From the NCBI RefSeq assembly GCF_004010195.1, contig NC_057720.1, positions 6,522,852-6,558,447 of the forward strand: a DNA stretch of 35,596 bases. Reading direction: 5' to 3'. The notes under the pieces are model-generated. The model ran no database searches, had not been told where the DNA came from, and was given only the letters and a program-made list of their open reading frames with translations. This document shows positions 22,571 to 32,282 of the stretch, one piece after another. Numbering within the stretch: the stretch's first letter is position 1; every line of letters starts with the position of its first letter. This DNA comes from Chiloscyllium plagiosum (taxonomy: Eukaryota). The position numbers were made by a program, and so were the translations under genes.

Positions 22571-22832
22571 AATCGATTGAAAGGGCCTCCTCTTGGCTTC
22601 TGTGTTTCCATACACACCTCCCCATCTTCCCTCCGATTCCCATTGTTGTGTTTGGCAAGCATCCAGCTGCTGATTTATGTCCAATCATATACAGCAGCCT
22701 CTGCGCCTGCTTGGAACTCATCTCCCAGCAGCAGAGCGGATTTTCATTCTGAATGACTGCAGGGGAAACCCAAACCTCTCCTTAAACCACTAGCGTCAGA
22801 GATTTCATTTTGTTCTCGGCTGGTGGCGATTT

Positions 22833-22852
22833 ATGAGGGGATTGTTACTCCG
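22833..22852 (+). CDS. Candidate exon 3' end (MRGLLLR, or a 90-nt exon 22763-22852 in another frame)
   Basis: CCG|GTAAGT donor in unique sequence; reading frame ambiguous. Confidence 0.2.
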
Positions 22853-23643
22853 GTAAGTAGGAGTGAAAGCAATGTCTGGCTGGGATTCATGCACTAAAGG
22901 GTATATTTAATAATTCCCCCCCACCCGCAATGGATCGTGGTGGTTGCCAATTCTTTACAGCTCAGATTGAGTTGCAAAGAAAGTGGGCAAAGTACTTTGC
23001 GTTCTCAGTCAATCGTCATACAACTCTATTCTTTGATCAAACAGAATTAGTTTGCAAATTTAAGGATATGTTTAGATCTACACGCACCTGAGCCTTTCAA
23101 GGAAATACCATGAGAGAGCAGGATACAAATGTCAGTGGAATTGAGTGGTGCTCAGTCCTACTTTCTTGAAACAGTGCCACATTCAATCTTTTGCTCTCCT
23201 TTACGCTACGGTTGCAACTGAATTTAAATCCGTTTAATCCTGCTCTACCAGTGGGGATGGGCTGTGGAGCAGCTTTCACATTGGAAGGTTGTTGGGTTAG
23301 TCCTGTAGGCCCCAGCTCAGCCCGTGTTCTCTTTGTACTAACAGGTTGCCTGGCAGATGGATTCACCTTATGAGAATGCCATTGGTTAATCTTGGAAAGC
23401 TGACCCAGAGTTCTGAAAGTCTTTCATTTTCAATTCGCAGCTCAGCTCCCACAGTGATGTCCTCTATACTAGCAGATTCTTTTTGTATTCTCTTGTTGGA
23501 TAGTGTTGGCTGGGTCAGCATTTATTGCTCATCCCTAGCTGCCCTTGAGAGGGGAGGTGGTGAGCTGTCTTCTTAAACTATTTTAACCTTGCTGAAAAAT
23601 TATTTTAAATGAAATATCCATCCTTGGGTCATCAATTGTTAAA

Positions 23644-23854
23644 GCTGAAAAATGTGTTGCTGGAAAAGTGCAGCAGGTCAGGCAGCATCCAAGGAGCAGG
23701 AGAATCGACGTTTTGGGCATAAGCCCTTCTTCAGGGAGGCCTATGCCCGAAACGTCGATTCTCCTGCTCCCTGGATGCTGCCTGACCTGCTGCGCTTTTC
23801 CAGCAACACATTTTTCAGCTCTGATCTCCAGCATCTGCAGTCCTCACTTTCTCC
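23644..23854 (+). mobile_element. Fold-back PLE-derived element with 15-bp TSD
   Basis: Near-perfect ~80-bp inverted arms; TSD TCATCAATTGTTAAA at 23629-23643 and 23855-23869. Confidence 0.92.
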
Positions 23855-23889
23855 TCATCAATTGTTAAAACCTGTTTCAATTTGAGATG

Positions 23890-24430
23890 CGCGAGTAGGA
23901 CCTTGACTTTCCTGTAGATGGTCATTGTAACAGTGTCCTGCCCATGTGCCCATGTGTCTGTCCTTGGCATGCTGCAGTGTTCCCGTGAATCACAGCACAA
24001 ACTGGAGGAACAACATCTCATCTTCAAACTAGTCACTTTTACAGCATTCTGGACTTAATATTGAGTTCAACACCTTCAGATTGTGAACCCAGTCCCATTC
24101 CTTCCCTTTCTTGTTACATTCTCTGTCACCATACCATCTCCCCCCTCCCCCCACCCCAGTGGGACTGTCTGTCCTTTCCAGTCTGGCAGTTAGACACACC
24201 ATTATTCTGCCATTCTCACATTCTGATCACTTAACCCGAACTATCAATATCTTTTGTCCAACAGCACTCCAACTCCACCCCACCCGCAACAATCACATAA
24301 ATGCTGCCCCCGTCACACTTCACATCAGCTCTGATGAAGGGTCATCTCAACTTGAAACGTTAGCTTGCTCTCTCTCTGTGGATGCTGTGTGACCCGCTGT
24401 GATCTCCAGCATTTGTTTTTTTTTCAGGAC
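23890..24430 (+). mobile_element. Older PLE 3' end: GIY-YIG C-terminus, 3' UTR and hammerhead; followed by another PLE tail at ~24438-24527
   Basis: HVSVLGMLQCSRESQHKLEEQHLIFKL...GLNIEFNTFR; AGCT-CTGATGA...GAAACGTT-AGCT at 24327-24365. Confidence 0.8.
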
Positions 24431-25161
24431 AGATTTGCTTTGGATGCTGCCTGACCTGCTGTGCTTTTCCAGCACCACTCTAATCCAGACTCGGATTTCC
24501 AGCATCTGCAGTCCTCATTTTTACCTAATAATTTGTTTTTCCCTCATCTCAAGATCTGCTTGTTTGCATATCTCAAAGAACTAATTAAAAAATGGAATGA
24601 ATTTCTCCTTCAATATTACTCACACAGGCAATTCCATACAACCCAAATGACTCAGCTAATTACTGTTGTTATAGACTAGAACAAGATGCCTTCAAAATAT
24701 ATTAAGGAGAGAACCTAGAACTTCACCTTTTCTTAAAGACAAGTGCCAGGTGTTTCTTTCCAAATGCAATTCAATTGGTTGAACTACCAGACTTGAAGCA
24801 AAACACCCTTTATTCAAACACTATAGTTAAAACACAATGAAAGAAAAAAAAAAATTGGTTTAGCTGTAACTCTATTGAAAAAGTTAACGGAATAATAGAC
24901 TATTGTACGACTAAACTGTAACTGTTCCAATTTGGTAAGGCCTTTTCTGGAATACTGTGTCCAGTTCTGGGTTGTCCAGTTATTATGGACTAGGCCAGAC
25001 CACTCAAAACATTCTTAAGCAGGAAGCCCCAGACCATACTTTTGCAACTTATTTTGTTAAGTGTACCATGAAAATTACCCAAAGTAAGTTAGCAAGGTTG
25101 ACTGTTGAAACTTTATTGCTGGAACAGCACAGCAGGTCAGGCAGCATCCAGGGAACAGGAG

Positions 25162-25197
25162 ATTCGACGTTTCGGGCACAGGCCCTTCTTCAGGAAT
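25162..25197 (-). ncRNA. Intact minimal type I hammerhead ribozyme in the PLE 3' terminus
   Basis: RNA AUUC-CUGAAGA-A-GGGC-CUGU-GCCC-GAAAC-GUC^GAAU: stems I and II perfect, palindromic ACGU, GUC cleavage triplet. Confidence 0.8.
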
Positions 25198-25280
25198 GAG
25201 GAAAGTATGTCCAGCAGGCTAAGATAAAAGGTAGGGAGGAGGGACTTGGGGGAGGGGCGTTAGAAATGCGATAGGTGGAA

Positions 25281-25528
25281 NNNNNNNNNNNNNNNNNNNN
25301 NNNNNNNNNNNNNNNNNNNNNNNNNNNNNNNNNNNNNNNNNNNNNNNNNNNNNNNNNNNNNNNNNNNNNNNNNNNNNNNNNNNNNNNNNNNNNNNNNNNN
25401 NNNNNNNNNNNNNNNNNNNNNNNNNNNNNNNNNNNNNNNNNNNNNNNNNNNNNNNNNNNNNNNNNNNNNNNNNNNNNNNNNNNNNNNNNNNNNNNNNNNN
25501 NNNNNNNNNNNNNNNNNNNNNNNNNNNN
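25281..25528. other. Assembly gap (248 N)
   Basis: Run of N. Confidence 1.
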
Positions 25529-27109
25529 CTTGGAGGGAAGTAAGGGGGGAGGTGTGGGCGCAAGTTTTGCATTTCTTGCGGTTGCAGGGGAAGATGCCGG
25601 GAGTGGAGGTTGGGTTGGTGGGGGGTGTGGACCTGATGTAGGAGTCACGGAGGGAGTGGTCTTTTCGGTACGTTGATAGGGGAGGGGAGGGAAATATATC
25701 CCAAGTGGTGGGGTCCATTTGGAGGTGGCGGAAATGACGACGGATGATACGCTGTATATGGAGGTTGGTGGGGTGGTAGGTGAGGACTAGTGGGGTTCTG
25801 TCCTGGTGGCGATTGGAGGGGCGGGGCTCAAGGGCAGAGGAGTGGGAAGTGGAGGAGATGCGGTGGAGATTTTAAACCAGGTTTTAAACCAGACAAAAAT
25901 TTATTCACAAAATTACACAATGAAACACAAAGAACAGAATAAGGAACCCCTACAGAACACAGTCTATCCAAACTAGACTTAACTATGCTGTTCTGAATAC
26001 ACACCACAGTCCCACTAAGCAAACTACCTTAAAATACAGTAAAAAAGATGGAACGGATGCTTACAGGTTGAAGTTGGAAGGGCAGAAAGAGAGAGAGCCT
26101 CTTGACCCAGTCCACGGCTGAGCTTCTAACTGGTTCTGGACTGAACTGCTCAGCTAGACAGCTGACCACTCCCCTTCCATTATACATGTCACTTCTAAAA
26201 CATGACCACTGTGGCCTGAAGTCTCATCTGTTTACATATAAACAAAAGGCCCCTCAAAATCCTTCTCATCTCTGCACCAAGCTACTCTAATTGGAGCCCA
26301 GCCCGTTTACAACCCTCCTGAAAAATAATCAAGGACACAGCATCCTTGAGAAAAGGAACAGCTTTTGGCAAAAATGGCCCAGCTTTGTGACACAGTTATC
26401 GGAAGGATAATATTAGGTAGGAGAGGCTTCAGAAGAGATTTTCCAGGATGTTTCCAGGTATGAAAGCCTTGTAGGCTGGGACTTTTTTCACTGGAGCCTA
26501 GGAGGTGAGAGGTGACTTTATAGAGGTTTATAAAGTCATGAGAGGTAAAGGTGAATGTTCCATTAGATGTCTTTTCCTTAGTTTGGGGGATTCAGGACTA
26601 GGACGTACATTTTAAAAGTGACCAGACAGATACTTAAAAAGGACATGAGGGGCAAATCTTTTACATAGAGGATGGAATGAACTTCCAGAAGAAGTGGTGG
26701 ATGTGGGCATAATCATATTTAAAAGACACTTGGATAAGTACATAAATAGGAAACGTTTGGAGGGATCTGGGCCAGATGGAGGCAGGTGGGACTAGTTTAG
26801 TTTGGGATTATGTTTGGCATGGACTGGTTGGATCGAAGGGTCTGTTCCTGTGCTGTATGACAATATAATAACATCCCATACGTGTACCCTTGTCAAAGGC
26901 AAATTCAGAAATGTCTCACATACAACACCAGCAGCTGAAAGAGTTTCCCTAGGTTTTAGCTGTAACTAAAGAGAAAAAAAAAGCTTCCACTGCTACTGAA
27001 ATGAAAAAGTTCTGATTCTATGGGAGCTTGACCCCACCCATTCAGTCTGCTTCTATTGTTCCAACTTTTATTTTTAAAAAACCCAATGCCTCAGAAGTTG
27101 TTTACTCTA

Positions 27110-27420
27110 GTGGCGGCACGGTGGCACAGTGGTTAGCATTGCTGCCTCACAGCGCCAGAGACCCGGGTTCAATTCCCGCCTCAGGCGACTGACTGTGTGG
27201 AGTTTGCACGTTCTCCCCGTGTCTGCGTGGGTTTCCTCCGGGTGCTCCGGTTTCCTCCCACAGTCCAAAGATGTGCAGGTCAGGTGAATTGGCCATGCTA
27301 AATTGCCCGTAGTGTTAAGTAAGGGGTAAATGTAGGGGTATGGGTGGGTTGCGCATTGGCGGGGCGGTGTGGACTTGTTGGGCTGAAGGGCCTGTTTCCA
27401 CACTGTAAGTAATCTAATCT
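27110..27420 (+). mobile_element. Young full-length HE1 SINE with 8-bp TSD
   Basis: A-box TGGCACAGTGG, B-box GGTTCAATTCC; TCTAGTGG at 27106-27113 and 27418-27425. Confidence 0.95.
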
Positions 27421-27569
27421 AGTGGGCCTTGTGCAGACTGCTTGGCACTTCTGCTTTAAAGGCTGTCTTAAAAAAAAGAACAAAATACACCTCTTTAAGC
27501 CATAGTATCTTCACACTGTGTATGGTGCTGTTTGTATTTTGCCCACGTTTGTCCACATGAGAGACAGCA

Positions 27570-27815
27570 AAATGAAAAGCAAAATACTGCAGAAGCTGGA
27601 AATCTGAAACAAACAGGAAGCATGCCAGAGAAACTCAGTAGGTGTGGCAGTATTTGTAGAGAGAGAAAAGCAGAGGTGATGTTGCAAGTCCAATATGACA
27701 CTTACTGTAAAAGGGTCAAAGCTAGGGTTTAGGGTTAGGTTTGGACAAAAAACATTAACTCAGTTTCTCTCTCCTCAGATGCTGTTAGACCTGCTGAGTT
27801 TCTCCAGCAATCTCT
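27570..27815. mobile_element. Degenerate fold-back PLE terminus
   Basis: GAGAAACTCAGTAGGTGTGGCAGTATTTG mirrored by CAGATGCTGTTAGACCTGCTGAGTTTCTC. Confidence 0.65.
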
Positions 27816-28134
27816 GTGTGGATATCCCACAAGTATTCAGGTTCTTTGTGAGTAAGATATCTGAAGTTTATTTACAACACTATCTCTAAGGCTACAAGAC
27901 TTACTGCACATTGTCTGGGTCCTATGTTTCCTGATACTATTGCACATTATAAACCCATATGATTAACTGAATACACTCAGTCCATTAGATAACAATCAAG
28001 ACTAGATGTTGCTATGTCATGTGACTGTCTTAAAGGTACAGGTCTGTCTGCTCTGTGACCTATGCCACAATACAACAGCTCATATGGAATCTTCCTGTGT
28101 ACAGAAATGACTGTCTTGTTTTCCATGCAAGTTG

Positions 28135-28562
28135 GCTGTTGCTGGTCTAACATTTATTGCTCATCTCTAACTACCCCTTCCGGAGGTGGTGGTGCACATG
28201 CCCTCTTGAACTGCTGCAGTCTATGTGGATGATAATGACCTTTGCAGCGGTTTTGATGGGACTGAGTGGCTAGGTAGGCCAATGATCAACTCTCCTGCTC
28301 CTCGGATGCTGCCTGACCGGCTGTGCTTTTTCCAGTGCCACACTTCATCGACTCTGCCCTCTGCCATGGCCCAGCGAGTCACCCAGTTGTATCAAATTGC
28401 CGACAAAGTTGAAACAATGAACTCAGACAACCCGGCATTAACCAATGCACCAGAAACGCCAACAGCAAGCTCAGCTCTGTTGATACTACAAAGTCCATTT
28501 AGCCGGTAACTGAGGACTTGTGCCAAAACTTAGAGAGCTGCCCAATAGACCAATCAGGCAAC
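28135..28562 (-). mobile_element. Degraded SINE/LINE-tail family copy with a PLE tail fragment at ~28285-28355
   Basis: CATTTATTGCTCATCTCTAACTACCCCTT matches the tail family at ~15010-15050. Confidence 0.6.
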
Positions 28563-28789
28563 ATGAGTGGAAAATGGTGATCTCTGTGAGGATATCTGAA
28601 TCGCTCTAAAATAGAAAACATCGAGTATAGAGTCAGAAGAACAACACAACTTCGATTTTTTTCCTATTAATTAAACTGCTGCAGTCCATTAGCTTAAACA
28701 AAATAACGTAGGGACATTGGACTGCAGTGAAAGTATTTGGAGTGGAATAAGGTCCCTTTAGTATTCTTTAGAGGGAGTAATATGAGATT

Positions 28790-30260
28790 ACTCAAACGGG
28801 AAGTCACGGTAGCAGAGCTCACACCTGTGATATTTCCAAGGTCCCTGCTGCGCACATGTCCAGGAGCTGCAGATACTGACTGACCCTGGCAATGGAGCTG
28901 GATCTCACTGTGGGAGCATCCACAATGCTGAGATCATCATGGGCAACACCTTCGGCGTGGTACTCACAGCACGGCTAGAGACTGAAAAGGTACAATGGGA
29001 ATGGGTGACCACGGGCAGATTAGAGGAAGGCAGGGAATTCAGGAGTCCCCTGTGGCTGTCCACCTCTCCAACAGATATACCAATGTAGATACTGCTGAGG
29101 GAGGTGACCTCTCAGGTACAACAGTGGGAGCCAGGTCCCTGCATCGTGGTGGCTCAGATACACTAGACGGGAAGAAGAAGAATGGCAGGACTATAGTGAT
29201 AGGGGGGTTCAATATTCACGGGAACAAGGAAGTATCTCTAATGGCACAAAGGAGATTCCTGTACATTATGTTACCTCCCTGGTCCAGGGTAACTTAAACA
29301 GGTCATTCTGAAGGGGAAAGTGAACAGCCAGTGGCCGAGGTACGTGTCAGTACCAACGGCATTAATTAAAAATAGGATAGAGGTCCAATAAATAGAGTTT
29401 AGGGAGTTAGGATCTAAATTAGAAAGTAGAACCTTAAAGGTAGGAATCTCAGTATTACTCCAAGTGCCGTGATCTGACAACCATTAAAGTAACAGGAGAT
29501 ACAGCTGATAAATAGATTAGATTACTTACAGTGTGGGAACAGGCGCTTCGGCCCAGCAAGTCCACGCCAAAGTGCAACCCACCCCCTACACCTAACACTA
29601 CAGGCAATTTAGCATGGCCAATTCACCTAACCTGTACATTTTTGGATTTTTTTAGATTAGATTAGATTACTTACAGTGTGGAAACAGGCCCTTCGGCCCA
29701 ACAAGTCCACACCGACCCGCCGAAGCGCAACCCACCCATACCCCTACATTTACCGTTTTAACCTAACACTACGGGCAATTTAGCATGGCCAATTCACCTA
29801 ACCCGCACATCTTTGTGACTGTGGGAGGAAACCGGAGCACCCGGAGGAAACCCACGCAGACACGGGGAGAATGTGCAAACTCCACACAGTCAGTCGCCTG
29901 AGTCGGGAATTGAACCTGGGTCTCTGGCGCTGTGAGGCAGCAGTGCTAACCACTGTGCCACTGTGCCGCCCACGATTGTGGGAGGAAACCTACGCAGACA
30001 CAGGGAGAATGTGAAAACTCCATACAGAGGCGGGAATTGAACGCGGGTATCTGGCACGGTGAGGCAACAGTGCTAACCACTGTGCCGCACAGCTGGCTGC
30101 ATATTATACAGGGGAGGAGTTCACTTTCCTGGGACTGATCCTGGGGATGATGACATTGGAACAGGCAAAGGGATTGGGATCCTGAGAAAGATGATGGGGG
30201 AAGCGAGGATAGAAAGAACAGATAGAAAAGTAAGAAGCACCCCATAGTAATAAAGAAAGT
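28790..30260 (+). pseudogene. Degraded CR1 ORF1 (zipper region plus esterase), interrupted by HE1 copies
   Basis: QESPVAVHLSNRYTNVDTAEGGDLSG, RTIVIG(G/D)S-like motif, LPGPRV and VRVSTN remnants with frameshifts. Confidence 0.8.
29513..30088 (-). mobile_element. HE1 nested in HE1, same orientation (inner copy ~29653-29972)
   Basis: Two GATTAGATTAC tails (~29514, ~29654) and two heads (~29972, ~30088). Confidence 0.9.
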
Positions 30261-30369
30261 GGGCCTTGGAAATATTATGTTGACCGACGATAGTCTATTG
30301 CGCACAGTTCTGTGTTCCTATCTATGAACGGATATGCTTGCCAAAGAGAGAGTGCAGCATTGTGGGTCT

Positions 30370-30995
30370 ATCTACAGCACATGGACTGAAGAGATTCAGA
30401 AAGGCAGCTCACCACCACCTTCTCAAGGGGCAATTAGGGATGGGCAGATGTCCATCAAGTGTCTGGACCAGCAAGTGACACCCATGTCCCATGAGTGAAC
30501 ATTTTAAAAATACACGTACTCACATATACATGCACTTGCTCCCAACAATGCCCATGCAAGTATGTACACACATACAACCCCATTTAACAAATACACAGAA
30601 GGCCATGGATGCACACACATACAAAAATGAAGGCTCATGTGTGATCATACAGTTACGTGCACACATAAGGAGGGAGTGGTATAAAGATTTTATCACTGGA
30701 GGAGGATCTAAAACCCCAGGGCAATGTTCTGCTGATGTAGGTTTTGAAAAACACCATGATACATTGTGAAATTTGAATTCAATAATAATCTGGAATAAAT
30801 AGCTAATCTAATGATGACTGTGTTAACCACACTTCATTGTCATAAAAATCAATCAGACTCAGTTACATTCTTTAGGGAAGAAAATCTGCCATCCTTACCT
30901 GTCTATATGTGACACTAGATTCACAAGAATTTTAACCACCCGATAAACAATTAGAGATGGGGAATAAATATTAACAATGCTCACGTTCTGTGAAT
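30370..30995 (+). mobile_element. LINE tail (~30370-30510), CA-rich low-complexity stretch (~30510-30665) and degraded SINE (~30710-30995)
   Basis: GCAGCTCACCACCACCTTCTCAAGGGGCAATTAGGGATGGGC; second part similar to 14632-15080. Confidence 0.6.
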
Positions 30996-31004
30996 GTGAA
31001 TCGC

Positions 31005-31260
31005 TGGCAATTCTCCTGCTCCTCGGATGCTGCCTGACCTGCTGTGCTTTTCCAATGCCTCACTTTTCGACAAAGTCATGAGAGTTCTACTGGACTGCTC
31101 GCTCATCAAAGAGAGAGAAGTGGTTTAGCCCATGGGTCACCATGACTCTGGTGAGGGGAGAGGTTGAGAAGGAGAGTCCTTCATAGTAACCTCAGACATT
31201 GCTGGCATTGAACCCACACATTGGCATTACTCTGCGCCGCAAACCAGCTGCTCAACCCCA
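31005..31260. mobile_element. PLE tail fragment (~31008-31072, plus) and a tRNA-derived SINE of another family (~31090-31260, minus)
   Basis: TCTCCTGCTCCTCGGATGCTGCC; minus-strand B-box GTGGGTTCAATGCC. Confidence 0.6.
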
Positions 31261-32282
31261 CCCCACTCCTCCTTTAGACAATGGTAGACAAGTTGGGGGA
31301 GAATGATGGTTATATCAAACAAGAAATATCCTTTTTTGATTGTGAACACTTTTGAGAGTTATGCTGTGCATGAGGAAAAAGAAAGACATGGCCTCAGTTA
31401 TATTTTACATAATGTATGAATACAGCCACATGAACACTTTGCATTCATTGTCAATTAGAAATTTTCTTTGCAACATTAAGGGTACTCTATGGATCGAGTT
31501 TACGGGAAGGTTGCTAATGTAATAATACTGGCCTCAACCATCCCCCAGTCAGCAGCTCACAGTTGGACACAGTGCAGCAGTGAACAGAAGTTTTGAGAAC
31601 ATACCAGCTTGGGCAGTCAAAGTTGATTTTTGTTTTAATGACTTGTTCGAAGAGTGCTGCTATTCTCGGCTGCTGCGTATTACCTGTCCAAATGAGCTGC
31701 ATATGTGGGCAGGTTATGAGGTGTCCTTGTAGCTTCAAGTCTAAAGAGCAGGGACATGCAGCTCCTGATAAACTATATCACTACTGGCTGAACATGGCGA
31801 GCAACTGGGACTTGCTGAGAACAATTTGCACGAGAACAGATTGGCAAAGGCATTTTCAAAGCCCCTGATCTATAGGCATGGCCATTGCATTGATCCATTG
31901 AGAAGACAAGACATCTGCTGCAGAGTACTAACCAAAGGAAACAGCATGCAGGGAGAGGAGCACAGCTGGTTGTAAAGCTCCACATCACACTGACCGGGAT
32001 GTAGGAGTGCTCAAATGTGGGCTTAATTCCAGAAGGTGGGCAGTTGGGAGGGGTAGTGCAGATTTATCCCTCTTCCTGAAGTATTGCAAATTCCACCAGT
32101 AGCCAGTTCATAGAATTTGAGCTTTATTCACCATACTGAGTAAGTGCTGCAGTGTTGGAAGCGCTGTTTTTCTCTGATGAGACAGTGAAACAGATCTGCC
32201 CTCTCACATGCTAATACAAATATCCCACGCCACTATCTTGAAGGACCACGAATTCCTCTCATCGTCCCAGTCAATATTTATT

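Larger units (their letters stand above)
25105..25870 (-). mobile_element. Young 5'-truncated Penelope-like element (RT thumb/linker and Cys motif; GIY-YIG expected in the gap)
   Basis: Stop-free frame LHRISSTSHSSALEPRPSNRHQDRTPLVLTYHPTNLHIQRIIRRHFRHLQMDPTTWDIFPSPPLSTYRKDHSLRDSYIRS...FPCNRKKCKTCAH; CpGs retained. Confidence 0.9.
24981..26392 (-). mobile_element. Solo LTR B (inner), related to LTR A, split by a PLE
   Basis: TATTATGGAC...TGTGACA; 4-bp TSD CAGT (24977-24980, 26393-26396); its first ~50 bp resemble LTR A. Confidence 0.75.
24931..26860 (+). mobile_element. CR1 3' fragment inside LTR A, split by LTR B
   Basis: LVRPFLEYCVQFW at ~24931-24970 resumes at 26397; flanked by CAAT (24927-24930, 26861-26864). 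Confidence 0.85.
24667..27515 (-). mobile_element. Solo LTR A (outer), split by CR1 and HE1 insertions
   Basis: Begins TGTTATAGAC and ends TCACA; 4-bp TSD CTGT (24663-24666, 27516-27519); minus-strand AATAAA near 24810. Confidence 0.75.

Noticed and set aside
23644..23854. Hairpins as MITEs, pre-miRNA genes or terminators
   Set aside because: Asymmetric ends, variable 12-15 bp TSDs and identity to PLE termini; no evidence for miRNA processing from sequence alone.
25190..25718. 117-152 aa ORFs spanning this region
   Set aside because: Lengths are inflated by the N gap; only the PLE frame (25718 downward) is meaningful.
27110..27185. tRNA genes at A/B-box sequences
   Set aside because: They are HE1 SINE heads that continue into SINE body and tail.
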